A stretch of 64,000 bases of DNA from Eledone cirrhosa (Eukaryota). Shown piece after piece: positions 1 through 13,424 of the stretch. Each line of letters starts with the position of its first letter. Positions within the stretch are counted from its first letter, which is position 1. The position numbers were made by a program, and so were the translations under genes. The DNA is taken from NCBI GenBank assembly GCA_964016885.1, contig OZ024748.1, forward strand, positions 50,592,001 to 50,656,000. Direction: 5' to 3'. The notes under the pieces are model-generated. The model had not been told where the DNA came from. It searched no databases and was given only the letters and a program-made list of their open reading frames with translations.

Positions 1-33
<33 letters not shown>

Positions 34-1067
34 CAAATGTATATACATATATATATATATATGTGTGTGTGCGTATTGTGTATACATACATGTATAAATA
101 CATATGCATATATATAAATATATTTATATGTAAATATATATAAGTATACATATATATGTATGTAAATAGATATAAACACCATTGGAGACAATCCTATAAG
201 TAGAAGTCAATACAATGTTATAATGTCACTAAGTGCTAAAACAATAATGTTTTACGGTAACAAAACAACGAAAACGACCGGGGAGGGACATTTAGGAATA
301 AAAAGAATGTCTTAGAAAACTCATACAAAAATTACTAAGAATATTAAGAAAAAAAAAAAAAATGGAAACTGAATAAAAAATAAGTGAGCCCTCCTAAGAA
401 TATTTTTGTAGGATTTATTTGAATGAAAATTTGAAATTTTTATCATAGCAATTTTTATATTTTCTGGCAAAATAATAGAGTGCCTAAATTGAATATCTCT
501 GTCCCACGGGTTCAATGAATTAACATTAGTGTGAGGCTTGTTGCTATTATTATTTGTTAGGTTTTTTTTCTTGTTATCATTTTTAATATATATTTTTCAA
601 ATGCTTATGTATCAATAAGCAGGCGCTGTTAACCTGTCGGTCACAAAACATAGATTGAATTATCAAATATCCCCTTGATGATGGTAAACGTGATTGTTGC
701 ATTCTATATATCCGCCTCTTTCCCGCCCATCAACATAACCAAAAAACAAAACTATCACTTATAAAGCAACAATAAAAAAATATATATAGCAATGAAATAG
801 TTAAGAAAAAAAAGAAAATAAATTGATATTAATACGAACATCATATGTGATGATGTCCATAATGGTGGTTCTGCTGTTATTGCTGTTAATGATGATATTT
901 TTTATTTGCCACCAGGGCCAGAAAAATAAAGAAAGACAATTTAAAAAATGATAAAAATGTTATTCATACAATTATATAAAATATAACTGAACGTACACAA
1001 ATGTATGACACATATCTACATACTCACATACAAACATGCATACATACATTCGTACATATACACACAC

Positions 1068-1098
<31 letters not shown>

Positions 1099-1362
1099 GA
1101 GAGAGAGATATAGATAGATAGATAGATATATATATATATAGATATTTATAAATATATAAACGCATACACACATATATATCTATATATAAATGTGTGTGTG
1201 TGTATATATACATATGTATATGTATATATATATATATGTATATGTATATATATATATATGTATGTATGTAGCTATACTGATATATTATTAAATACTATTT
1301 CACACACACAGACATACAGACATGCACAGACATGCACAGACATGCACACACACACGCACACA

Positions 1363-1407
<45 letters not shown>

Positions 1408-1554
1408 ACACACACACACAGACACACACACACAGACACACGCACACACACACGGGTATATAGTCTTAGAAGAGGAGCACATCCATCGGGGGAATCAGCG
1501 TACCCTGAAATACTGATTAACTTTCATTCGAATTAAATGTCCGCAATACTATTT

Positions 1555-1930
1555 CCAACAACAAATGCTGCAGCAACAACAACAACAACAACAACAGCGA
1601 CAACAACAACAAAAACAACAACAACAACAGAATATATGAGAAGCAACAACAACAACAACAACAACAACGACAAAATATGAAAAGCGCCAGCAACAACAAT
1701 ATCAAGAAATATATGGGGAGCAACAGCAAAAACAACAAATATATTATTAACATCAGCAACAACAATAAAATACGATGAGCATCAGCACCAGCATCAGCAC
1801 CAGCATCAACAACAGCAACAACAACAACAACAACAACAACAAAATATAAGCAGCAAGTGCATCAACAACAACAAATATATTATAAACATCAGCATCAACA
1901 ACAACACATTATGAAGAACATCAGCAATAG
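1555..1930. repeat. Degenerate (CAA/CAG)n trinucleotide repeat region
   Basis: Runs of aacaacaac and agcaccagcatc. Confidence 0.85.
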
Positions 1931-2005
1931 AATAAATAAAGCAGAGACTACGATACAAATCTTAATGTGAAAGAGAAGAGGGGGCAGAACTGTAACAACA
2001 CAAAG

Positions 2006-2068
2006 AAGGATGACAACGTTTTATAAGCAAACTACAGACCGTCGCTCTACCAATTGATCTATCCTCAG
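2006..2068 (-). pseudogene. Truncated, degenerate tRNA-Tyr(GTA) copy retaining the intron
   Basis: Reverse complement CTGAGGATAGATCAATTGGTAGAGCGACGGTCTGTAG-tttgcttataaaacgttgtc-ATCCTT aligns to the tRNA at 3433 including its intron. T-arm and 3' acceptor strand are missing. Confidence 0.8.
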
Positions 2069-2289
2069 ACTTACTGTTTTAATTCACTAATTAACATTAA
2101 ATATATGATTAGAACAGTTTCTCTGACTTCATGGTTGTTTAATTCCTTTCAGCTTTCATCTAGAATATCTTTGGTGATTAATGTACCAGCCCCTATGTCA
2201 TTCAATTTCTTTGGCGGGGTCGGGTTAAGCTGATATAAATCTTTTGGTCATTTTTACTGTTGCTGATATTGTCCCAGTTGCTGTTGCTA

Positions 2290-2635
2290 CATATACCCGC
2301 CTCTTAATGAGAGTGCAAAACCTATCCTGGAAACGTCATCCCACCTTGTCTAAAATCTATGGCAAACTCCCTCGAGCCTCTGCCCTTCTAAAATCCCGGA
2401 GAGCTCAATTTGCTGGCCACTGTCACCGTGCCAGCAATGAGGTCTTATCCGCTGTCTTGCTCTGGAACCCTGACTCCAGCCTGACTAGGAGTAGGAAGCT
2501 GTCATTCCCTGACGTTATCTCTAGGGATACGGGAATCAGCAGACAGGACCTGGGGGCAGCGATGGGGGACGGGGGATTCTGGGGCATGAGAGTGAGATCC
2601 ATCATCTCGACAGTAGTCGACGAGTGATGATGACA
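2290..2635 (+). mobile_element. 3' fragment of RTE-group (RTE-X-like) LINE ORF
   Basis: YTRLLMRVQNLSWKRHPT..RRAQFAGHCHR..VLLWNP..RKLSFPDVISRDTG matches the post-RT C-terminus of RTE/RTE-X elements. The stop codon runs into a short (TGA)n tail. Confidence 0.75.
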
Positions 2636-2814
2636 TGGTGTATGTAGGAATATATTTTGAGGGTGAATTAATAGCTATACCTAGGATTTGCAGCGAGCCC
2701 GTAAATCCACTCTTATTAGTTGGTGAGATCACAATGTTATTAGGTTTATGCAATTTCATGTTCTGTATTCCCTTATTCAAGCTCTGATTTTCTTTTATTT
2801 ATCTATCATTATTT

Positions 2815-2960
2815 AATCCCGCCGAGGTTGACTTTGCCTTTCATCCTTACGGGGTCGATAAAATAAAGTTCCAGTCACGCACTGGGGTTGATTTAATCGA
2901 CCCCCCCGCCCCCCCAAAAAAAAATTGCTGGCATTGTGCCTATATAAGCAACCGTTATTA
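2815..2960 (+). mobile_element. tRNA-derived SINE (family S1), 5'-truncated, long-tail variant
   Basis: Shared core gccgaggttgactttgcctttcatccttacggggtcgataaaataaag. Confidence 0.85.
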
Positions 2961-3199
2961 ATATCTCTTTATTTGCTTGCTTCTACCCATGTCCCTCTCA
3001 ACATTTCCCTGAATCTCCCTTTCTCTACTTGTCTTTCCCTCAGTCACTATCTTCAGCTTTCTAGTCAAACTAACACCAGTAACTAAACGAAACCTCCAAG
3101 TCGATAACAAAGGCAACACTAATTTTGACTACATTAAGTATGAAAAATAAGGTTTGATCTAGTTAATTATAATTAAATATATGTACTCATTAATTATAA

Positions 3200-3310
3200 A
3201 AATCCCGCCGAGGTTGACTTTGCCTTTCATCCTTACGGGGTCGATAAAATAAAGTACCAGTAATGCACTGGGATAATTGCTGGCCTTGTGCCTAAAGTAG
3301 AGACAATTAA
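3200..3310 (+). mobile_element. SINE S1, 5'-truncated
   Basis: S1 core and tail, flanked by TSD attaattataaaa. Confidence 0.9.
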
Positions 3311-3432
3311 TTATAAAAAGATCGTAACTAACGAAAATAAATGTAATACCAAAGAAGTGAAAAACATTGAACCAAACAAACTTTTCTTATACTATATCAT
3401 TTCCTGCTAATTCCTGGAGCTAAATAGTATGT

Positions 3433-3526
3433 CTCGCGATAGCTCAGTTGGTAGAGCGGAGGACTGTAGTTTGGTTATATGAAAGTTGTCATCCTTAGGT
3501 CGATGGTTCGAATCCGTCTCGCGAGA
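3433..3526 (+). tRNA. tRNA-Tyr (GTA) with 21-nt intron (3470-3490)
   Basis: Acceptor stem CTCGCGA/TCGCGAG plus discriminator A; D-arm GCTCAGTTGGTAGAGC; anticodon GTA at 3466-3468; intron after nt 37; T-arm GATGG-TTCGAAT-CCGTC. Confidence 0.95.
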
Positions 3527-3532
3527 TCATAA

Positions 3533-3547
3533 TTTTTTTCTTTTTTT
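3533..3547 (+). terminator. RNA polymerase III oligo-T terminator of tRNA-Tyr
   Basis: T7-C-T7 starting 7 nt after the tRNA 3' end. Confidence 0.8.
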
Positions 3548-3906
3548 GTTGCATATTTACTTATCTTTAATAATACATACTGACGCTTATTTTAATTAAC
3601 CATATCAAAGTTTATATGTATGTTTAATTTTGCACAAATATATATTTTTTTATTTTACTTTCTTTTAAGTAAATCACTGAGTATTCGACAGCAAGAATAT
3701 GTTTCCAGTTAGGCTTGTTGGGAGAACTGCCAGTAATAAGTCTTTCGGATTTCTTATGTGATATCTATTAGTCATTCGTATATTCTGGAGTTAAGCATCA
3801 GCCAAGTAGAACAAACATGCCAATATCTTGAAACATGAACAATGACGGAAATCTTGCTGTATTGATAGAAATGTTCGTAAATCAATTAAATATTTTAACG
3901 TAATTA

Positions 3907-3973
<67 letters not shown>

Positions 3974-4124
3974 AGGGAGTGTAACTTGGAGTTACTGCAG
4001 GTTCACCCGGATGAACACTCGATGTTTAGGTTCACTTCTGTGTCGAGGTGTAGAGCTATACAGAGTGTATATATATTGAAAAGATAACAAGGTCGATTGG
4101 TTACTCCTTCATTACATTTATTGG

Positions 4125-4215
4125 TAGGTGACGCGCGTTTCGCCACTGATCAGCACAAGGTTCGATCTGTATCGATCTTACCCGACTCTATAATCGGCAG
4201 CTCAACGGACCCTAT
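4125..4215 (-). ncRNA. Type I hammerhead ribozyme, degenerate core (H1)
   Basis: Reverse complement: TAGGGT-CCGTTGA(~CTGATGA)-GCTGC..long insert..GTGGC-GAAAC-GCGC-GTC-ACCTA, then AATAAA. Lies between TA tracts. Confidence 0.65.
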
Positions 4216-4237
4216 AAAATATATAATGTATATATAC

Positions 4238-4325
<88 letters not shown>

Positions 4326-4338
4326 CTGCATACATCTG

Positions 4339-4412
<74 letters not shown>

Positions 4413-5189
4413 TTTGTTGACGTAAATCTCTATCAATACGCCTGTATAAATATAGGGATAAACATATGTGTATGTTTGTGCATAAATAACTCTGTGCAAT
4501 ACTGTATGTATATGTATGTGCTTATGGTAGCGTGTGTGTGTGTGTGTGTTTGTTGGTGTATGTCTGTTTGTGTCTGAGTGTGTGTCAGTGTATGTCTGTC
4601 TGTGTCTGTGTGTGTATGTCGGTGTATGTCTGTCTGTGGTAACGTAATTATAATTATGCCAGTGTAATTCACAGAATGTAAGATGACCTTACAGTATAAT
4701 TTTCCAATCACACTAATGTTTACCGACAATCCAAAGATTTGCATTTTGATAAATATCCTTTTGAGAAGGAGGCTTCAAATTATCTACTAATTGAGGAAAT
4801 CAGCTCATTATCGAGCTATTGTTATTCATGTTGGCGTCTTTCATGCTGCTTTTGTTATTAATAGTATTTTTATTCTTTTCATTCAGGTTTTGTAAATGAA
4901 AACACATTTGGTGTCTCTCACTCATAGACAGTCTTCTTCTAGGTCTCCAGCCACCGCCGTCTCTAAATCCTCTCTCCCCTATCCCGACCCCATATCTTTC
5001 CCCTCTCATTCTCCCATCTCTCTCCTTCTCCCCCTCTCTCCCACTCTCTCCTTCTCTCGCTCACATTCTCTAGTTCTTTCACACATACTTTAATTTTTTT
5101 AAATATCAGTGTTACACGCTTTCACTGTTAGTATTAATAGCTCCATACATATATAAACACCTTCTTAAACAAACAGTGATCTGATACTT

Positions 5190-5333
<144 letters not shown>

Positions 5334-5363
5334 ATATATATAAATATATATATTTATAAATAA

Positions 5364-5412
<49 letters not shown>

Positions 5413-5681
5413 AATACATATATAAATAAATATATATATATATATAAATATATATATATAAATAAATACATATATATATATAAATATATATATATATTTA
5501 TATAAATAAATAAATATATAAATATATATATATGTGTGTGTGTGTGTATGTGTGTGTGTGTATTAGAGGTACATGCATGTAGAGCCATGCTATAAAATAG
5601 ACTGGATGATAAAAACCATCTGTTTCTACATTATATATATATATATGTATACATCATACAAATATATGTATACATAAATAT

Positions 5682-5726
<45 letters not shown>

Positions 5727-5785
5727 TATTATATATACATTTATGCAATCACATTTAGATTTACGGACATATTTGCTATCATTTA

Positions 5786-6482
5786 CTCCTCCACCACCAT
5801 TACCATCGCAAACACCACCACCAGCACCACCAACACCACCATCACCACCAGCACCACCAGCACCAGCAAGTCAAACATCACCAACACCACCAGCACCACC
5901 AGCAAGTCGTACACCAGCACCAGCACCACCAGCAAGTCAAACACCACCACCACCACTACCAGCACCACCAGCAAGTCGTACACCAGCACCACCAGCAAGT
6001 CAAACACCACCACCACCACCACCAGCACCACCAGCAAGTCAAACACCACCACCACCACCACCAGCACCACCAGCAAGTCAAACACCACCACCAACACCAC
6101 CAGCAAGTCGTACACCAGCACCAGTACCATCAGCAAGTCAAACACCACCAATACCACCAGCACCACCAGGAAGTCATACACCAGCACCGCCACCACCGCC
6201 ACCAGCACCACCAGCAAGTCAAACATCACCAACACCACCAGCATCAACAGCAAGTCAAACACCAGCACCAGCACCACCAGCACCACCAGCAAGTCAAACA
6301 CCAGCACCAGCACCACCAGCAAGTCAAACACCACCACCAGCACCACCAGCAAGTCAAACACCACCACCACCACCGCCAGCAAGTCAAACACCATCACCAC
6401 CACCACCACCACCGCCAGCAAGTCAAACACCATCACCACCACCACCACCACCAACAAGTCAAACACCACCATGATCACCATC
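5786..6482. repeat. CCA-rich minisatellite (ccagcaccaccagcaagtcaaaca units)
   Basis: More than 20 variable-length units marked by gcaagtcaaac or gcaagtcgtac. Confidence 0.9.
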
Positions 6483-7794
6483 AACTATATTACACCTTCC
6501 ACTCTACATAGAAATATAATCATTAAAATTTTAAGTTATTGATGAACATTTTTATCTCTTGCTTATCTCCAATGGTTAACGTCACTCTCTCCATATGTTG
6601 GTTCTCCCTAATGACATACTAATGTAATTAATAAAACCCCGAAGGAAGTGATTTACCTGTATTAATGGGAGCACAGGTAGTTGCTTAAAACTAATAGTAA
6701 ATACCATGTTGTAGTTATTTTTAAAGATTTTCTATTCGTTTTCGTTTTGAGTATTTTTGTCCTTATTTTTGTATATTTATTTTTAATATGATTATAAATT
6801 TGTTTGTTTTTCATAAGTGATTATCTTAATTGGAATCCTATAAATTATAAATTATTTAGATGTCTAGGATAAATTAATTATCGATTATTCATTAGTTAAT
6901 AATCATCAGGGATAACATAATAAGGAAAATGATGAAATTACTGAAAGTATGCCTCGATTAATCGGTGTCATGTGTGAGACAAATTGCTCTCCATTACATT
7001 ATAATGCACAGATATAGCAACAACACGATATATGATAGGAAATGTTCAAGAATCATTATCATTACCATAAGGTTTCACATTCTTCTCGATGAAGATTTGA
7101 GTTGGAGGTAATAAAAACACTGACACCTTCAAATTTACGACGTTTTGATTTAGTGTGCCGGATGTATAGACGTAAATTGGCTGATTCGTTACATCGTCAG
7201 ATAAAATAATGTTTATTTATAATTTTTGATTCTGGCACTTTCAGCTCTGAGTTCAAATATCTCCAAGATGAACGGTACGTTAGTTCCTACCGGAGACGAT
7301 AAATACAATACAAATTAAAAACTGGATTAGATTCTCCCCCCCCCCTCTCTCCCTTTCTCTCTCTTTCTCTCCCCTACCCATTCTCTCTTTTTCTCTCTCA
7401 CTCTCGGTAACAGTTATCTTTCTTTTTGTTTGTTTGTTTTTAGAAAGATCAAGAGAGAATCATCCACAACCTCCCTTTCATTAAAAATGGAGAACGGTTG
7501 AGTTAGTACTAAAGCAAGGACAGTTGCGCAGTATAGCAAGGAAGGAACATATATAAACAGATGCCAGATGCAGTTAATTAAGCAAATCAAAATATTGTTT
7601 GTCATGTTCTGAGCCAAAATCAAAGTGTTGTTCCAAACAAAAGTACCTATATATAATTGCTCAACCTACTTAGCAGCCAAATCGTCCTAAATCACGTTCT
7701 ACGTCCACAGAATAGGTCACATTGGTTTCCGTAATCCACAATTATCAATATAAAGATGAGATTGGTACTGATGGAACATCCCGCTCCATAAGCA

Positions 7795-8512
7795 TATATT
7801 GTTGTGCAATGTTTATAAGTGTACATTGTTGTACAATGTTTATAAGTGTACATTGTTGTGCAATGTTTATAAGTGTACATTGTTGTGCAATGTTTATAAG
7901 TGTACATTGTTGTGCAATGTTTATAAGTGTATATTGTTGTGCAATGTTTATAAGTGTACATTGTTGTGCAATGTTTATAAGTGTATATTGTTGTGCAATG
8001 TTTATAAGTGTACATTGTTGTGCAATGTTTATAAGTGTATATTGTTGTACAATGTTTATAAGTGTATATTGTTGTGCAATGTTTATAAGTGTACATTGTT
8101 GTGCAATGTTTATAAGTGTATATTGTTGTGCAATGTTTATAAGTGTACATTGTTGTGCAATGTTTATAAGTGTATATTGTTGTGCAATGTTTATAAGTGT
8201 ACATTGTTGTGCAATGTTTATAAGTGTACATCGTTGTGCAAAGTTTATAAGTGTACATTGTTGTGCAAAGTTTATAAGTGTACATTGTTGTGCAATGTTT
8301 ATAAGTGTACATTGTTGTGCAAAGTTTATAAGTGCACATTGTTGTGCAATGTTTATAAGTGTACATTGTTGTGCAATGTTTATAAGTGTACATTGTTGTG
8401 TAATGTGTATAAGTGTACATTGTTGTGCAAAGTTTATAAGTGTACATTGTTGTGCAAAGTTTATAAGTGTACATTGTTGTGCAAAGTTTATAAGTGTACA
8501 TTGTTGTGCAAC
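7795..8512. repeat. 27-bp tandem repeat, about 26 copies (cattgttgtgcaatgtttataagtgta)
   Basis: Highly homogeneous units; 9-aa periodicity in four overlapping ORFs. Confidence 0.95.
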
Positions 8513-8912
8513 ATTCATAACGAACAGCAAAATGAATAGCAAAGCAAATATTCCCCTCAACGATGGAACATATAGGTGATCAATTGATTTATTAGAAATA
8601 GCAGCCAAATCACTGAAACACGTCCTAGTGCCTGCAAGATAACATGTGACATTACTACTATTTCAGTTGCAGGTAAAGAGTCTTCTTACATTATATATTT
8701 TCAAAGACGACAACAAGGGTATGTGTTTGATATGCCAGAGTATTCAACCATTCTTACTTCTGAAAATACTCGCTCATATTTATAATAAAGCAAAGACATA
8801 ATTCCATCGTAAAGTTTATAACAACCTGCTCCTAACAAAATCGTAAAAGACAGATTTAATTGTCAATGTTAGTACAAAATATACAGAGAGACCATTATTA
8901 GGAAAACTCAAG

Positions 8913-9107
8913 GGCGGGGGATTGGCAAAATCAGTAGAGCCTCGGACAACATGCGTTGTAGCATAGAGTTATGCTCCATTACGTCCTGAGTTCAAATCCC
9001 GCCGAGGTTAACTTTGCCTTTCATCCTTACGGGGTCGATAAAATAAAGTACCACTAATGCACTGGGGTTATTGCTGGCCTTGTGCCAAAATCAGAAACAA
9101 TTATTAT
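8913..9107 (+). mobile_element. SINE S1, full length
   Basis: A-box-like ttggcaaaatcag, B-box gagttcaaatccc and S1 core. TSD attatta(g/t)gaaaactcaa. Confidence 0.9.
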
Positions 9108-9560
9108 GAAAACTCAACTCTTTAACAGAACTGAATATAATTAAATGGTGAAAAGTATTAAAAAAATCTAATTAGACAATCGATACACTTAGATTCAATT
9201 ATAAGACTGAACCACTTGATACAGGTAAACTTTATGAGGATGAAACCAGCTCGAAAGTCAAACAGATATTTTTTGCCTATTGTTTGGATGACGAATGTAT
9301 TTTCGTTTAGCTAAGGCTACTGTTGAAATAAGCCTTATCAGCTTTATTGGACCTTTGCTTTGATTTAACATGCTGATATATCTGTCTCGATTATTAGTGT
9401 TTAGTGACCACTTAATGTCGAAGTTCCGATGCCATAGCTTTAGTGTGATTTCTATTGCTGGTTTGACATCCACATCATTGCGAACCATTTAGCTTCGTTG
9501 ACGTTTTAATATTTCTATTATTCATCGCATAAGCGTCATTATTATTGATTTACACTCACA

Positions 9561-9632
<72 letters not shown>

Positions 9633-9759
9633 TAAACGCTCACACACACACATATATACATGTATTCATTAGGATGCATATGGCTGTGTATGTGCGAATT
9701 ATGTTTGTGTATAAATGTATGCTAATATCTGTTAAAAGTTTCTCCTATTTAGTGGATTA

Positions 9760-10403
9760 TGTTAGTGAAGAATAAATAGTGACGTTGCATTTAATCATTA
9801 AATGCCTCGATATTGATATTTAATTGGCACTTCTGTTGCTGTATTGCTGAGTAGATTATTAGTGTGTATATAGGTGCCATTCTTATTATAATTTAGGTTT
9901 GGCTGATTTTGCACAGCATCAGTTTTCCTTTTACCAAGATGTTCATTCAGAATTCTTGTATTATTGCTATTTAAATCACTGGATTCGTATCTAAGTAGAT
10001 GAGAATAATTCTATTACCATTGTTGGCGTGAAAAGCTTTAGAATATGTCATAGCAATAGAATGTTACAGGGAAATATGATTTACAAGTAATTAGGTTTCA
10101 CATTTCTTTTGTTCTAAATTGAAAATGACGCCGAATTCGTGTTTATTCTCTCTCGTTTCCACTACTTGGATTCAATACAAGAACAAAATGTAACAGTAAT
10201 ACCCTGAGATCTTTTCAACCCCCAACAGATTTCTTTCAAACTGATACGGCTTGAATTCCGCCGAATTTAAATATGATAAAAAATGGCACCTTTATACACG
10301 CTAATAATCTAGTCAAACACAGAACAACAAGAGTGTCAATTAAATATCAATATATAGGCATTTAACGATTAATAGAAACAACGCTATTTATTCTTCGCTA
10401 ACA
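9760..10403. mobile_element. Non-autonomous DNA transposon/MITE with ~85-bp imperfect TIRs
   Basis: Left end tgttagtgaagaataaatag..aatcattaaatgcct..atattgatatttaattggcac is the reverse complement of 10322-10403. TA lies outside both ends. Confidence 0.75.
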
Positions 10404-10441
10404 TAGAAGGAACATAACACATACATATAGATACACATCTA

Positions 10442-11340
10442 CGTGGTCACCCAAACTGCTAGGAATATCAGCCAAATAAGTAACAGCACGTATTCAAGTA
10501 AACTATTAAAGGAGTAATGTGTCTAAAAACAAGATAGAATGACCATCACCGTTACCCCAGCCCTCAGAAATCTGGCTGTTTTACCAAGGCTGGTCTTGAG
10601 GGGAGACTAAACAACATCAACATTATCAGGCTTGAGTCAATATAAGAAGCACCACAGGGTCCTACGACATCCTACATAGTGCAGCCATCTAAAAGAGTAA
10701 AAGATACGTGATATAAAAAGGTGGGATATTCACTATAAGAATCCCTTTTGGTTCCCTGTACCTAAGGGAAGGTCGAGATGGATTTATCTGGAATGATACT
10801 GATCATTAGTCTATACTCTCAATACCGCCATCACCATTATGACCTCATTGACAATGACGAAGGTAATATCACCACCAACCAGTTGGTAGTCTCACGTGGA
10901 TATTTGGCATACTAGAGATAACAGCCAAATTTCCTTTCAACTATAGCCTTCTATCTAAAATGGGAAACGTTGGATATCATGAACTTTACGATATGTCTGC
11001 TTGATTGGGCTTAAGTGTGACTAAAATATCACAGCATCACTACTTGTACATCACAATCAGCACCACAACGAGGACAAGAATAGTAACAGGAACATTTACA
11101 CTGCCATTATCACCAGGAACACCAAAAATAGAGGGCATCCATTGGGTGAATATATCTATTAGAAATAGAGAAAATAATCCACCCCCAAATTCCACCATCT
11201 TAAATAAAACAAAGGAAATTCTATATAACGTAATCTTAGAGAAAATGAACAGGCGGGATGGCCACGGCTGAAACTTATGTGATCAATCTTTGTGCTGAAT
11301 CAGGGATGAGTTGAAGCTAAACAAAAACCAAAAAAAACAA
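10442..11340 (+). mobile_element. Cluster of old diverged dispersed-repeat copies (tagaaatagcagccaaat family)
   Basis: Motif ctagaaata(g/a)cagccaaat recurs near 7670, 8594, 10460, 10912 and 52740, and inverted near 40840. Confidence 0.5.
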
Positions 11341-11691
11341 GCAAGAACACCATAAAAAAACAAACAAAAACGAAAGGAAATAAATCACTAACAAATACAA
11401 CAGGGGAACAACAACAAGTACAACAGCACAGAAACAACAACAAATACAACAACAGTAATGACAACAACAACTAGAACAACATAGCAACAACAACTCAAAC
11501 AACAGAGCAACAACAACAACAACAACTAAAACAACAGAGCAACAACAACAACTAAAACCACAACAACAACGTCAACTAAAACAACAACAACGACAGCAAG
11601 TAGAACAGCAACAAAAACAGTAACAACAGCAATAACAACATCAACTAGAACAGCAGAGCAACAACAACTATAACAACAACAACGACAACTA

Positions 11692-11722
<31 letters not shown>

Positions 11723-11983
11723 GACAGCAAGTAGAACAACAACAAAAACAGTAACAACAACAACAGCAATAACAGCAATAACAACATCAACTAGAACAAC
11801 AGAGCAACAACAACAACAACAACAACGACAACTAAAACAACAACAACAACGACAGCAAGTAGAACAACAACAAAAAACAGTAACCACAACGACAACAACA
11901 TCAATAACAACAACAACTAGAACAACAGAGCAACAACAATAACAGCAATAACAAGAAGAACTAGAACAGAGCAACAACAACTG

Positions 11984-12019
<36 letters not shown>

Positions 12020-12080
12020 CGACGACAGCAAGTAAGACAACAACAAAAACAGTAACTACAACAACAGCAACAACAAAAGC
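11340..12080. repeat. Complex (CAA)n repeat with higher-order units
   Basis: Recurrent acgacagcaagtagaac and caactagaacaacagagc units. Confidence 0.9.
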
Positions 12081-12484
12081 CATATCATTACTGAGCAAAT
12101 GCAATCACCAAAGACAGCCGAAGCGGCATCACTAATATAAAGGCTGAAGAGAAAAAATAGAAAAATTCATTTGTGGACTCGTTGTGATTTTCTCATCCCC
12201 CCCCTAAACAACAGATACATTGTCTGCATACTGATGTAGTAGAAATAAAGGCCCCATAGTTAATATTTACCATTAGCTTCAGGCCTTACATTGATGAGCA
12301 TTAATTTATTGTCTCCAGAGAAGAACCTCTGTGAGTTTGAATGCTTTATTGGCTGTGCTTCAACGAGCTTTTGTTGTTTTACATTCTCTATTTTTATTTG
12401 TTATTCTGTATATATTTTTCACCATAGAAAACATAGTTTAGCCAATGGTGCGTTGCACGTGTAAGATTGGTCAGGGAAAAAACA

Positions 12485-12547
<63 letters not shown>

Positions 12548-12600
12548 CATACATATATATGTGTATACGTAGATATACATATATATACATACATATGTAC

Positions 12601-12648
<48 letters not shown>

Positions 12649-12707
12649 TATATACATATATATATATGTATACGTATATATACATATATCTATATATTAC
12701 ATGTAGA

Positions 12708-12740
<33 letters not shown>

Positions 12741-13381
12741 TCACACACTCACAAATATATATATATATATGCATATTCATGTGTGTGTGCGTGTGTGTGT
12801 GTGTGTTTATGCATACGTTTGTGTGCACGCATATATATGTAATGGAAGCATAGGCCATCAACTTAATACAGAAAGAAAAAAACAATAAAAATAAAGACAA
12901 AACTGAAAATAAAACAATAGTGTAAAGACAAAATCGTTATCCAGTGTATATATATATATATATATATATATTTACATCCCCGCGTCGCATCTGCATATAT
13001 TCTAGTCTTATAGGTAAATATACACAAACACACACTTGGAGATGCATAGAATGATATAAACATGGACACATGCCAAAAGAAGGACAATGATGAGGACAAT
13101 CCTCCGTCGTATTCTACGAGGATTGACTCAGTTGTTCGGTCAATGGAACAGATTCCTCTGAAAATGTACGTATAAGTGACAAAACATTCCATAAACAGCG
13201 AAGGAAGCGATACTGTTCGCTATTTAACCTGAAAAATAAAACCTACTGTTTTTGTACACACAAAGATTAATTTAAATATTTCATAGAATATTTTAGGTAA
13301 ATACTCACAACTGTATATATCTATCTCTCTCTATATATATGTATATAAATTCACACATACACACACACATATATATATATA

Positions 13382-13421
<40 letters not shown>

Positions 13422-13424
<3 letters not shown>

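Noticed and set aside
5743-6474. 243-aa proline-rich ORF (extensin/formin-like)
   Set aside because: It uses almost only NCA codons from a CCA minisatellite, is open on both strands, and shows no splice or domain context.
7692-8608. Four long overlapping ORFs, or a CRISPR-like array
   Set aside because: A 27-bp tandem repeat without unique spacers or cas genes; the ORFs follow from a unit length divisible by 3.
8913-9010. SINE S1 heads as tRNA genes
   Set aside because: A and B boxes are present but there is no cloverleaf; each is fused to the SINE body and flanked by TSDs.
9230-9270. HHR-like words TTTATGA..CGAAAGTC
   Set aside because: The core is mutated, no convincing stems form, and it is not TA-associated.
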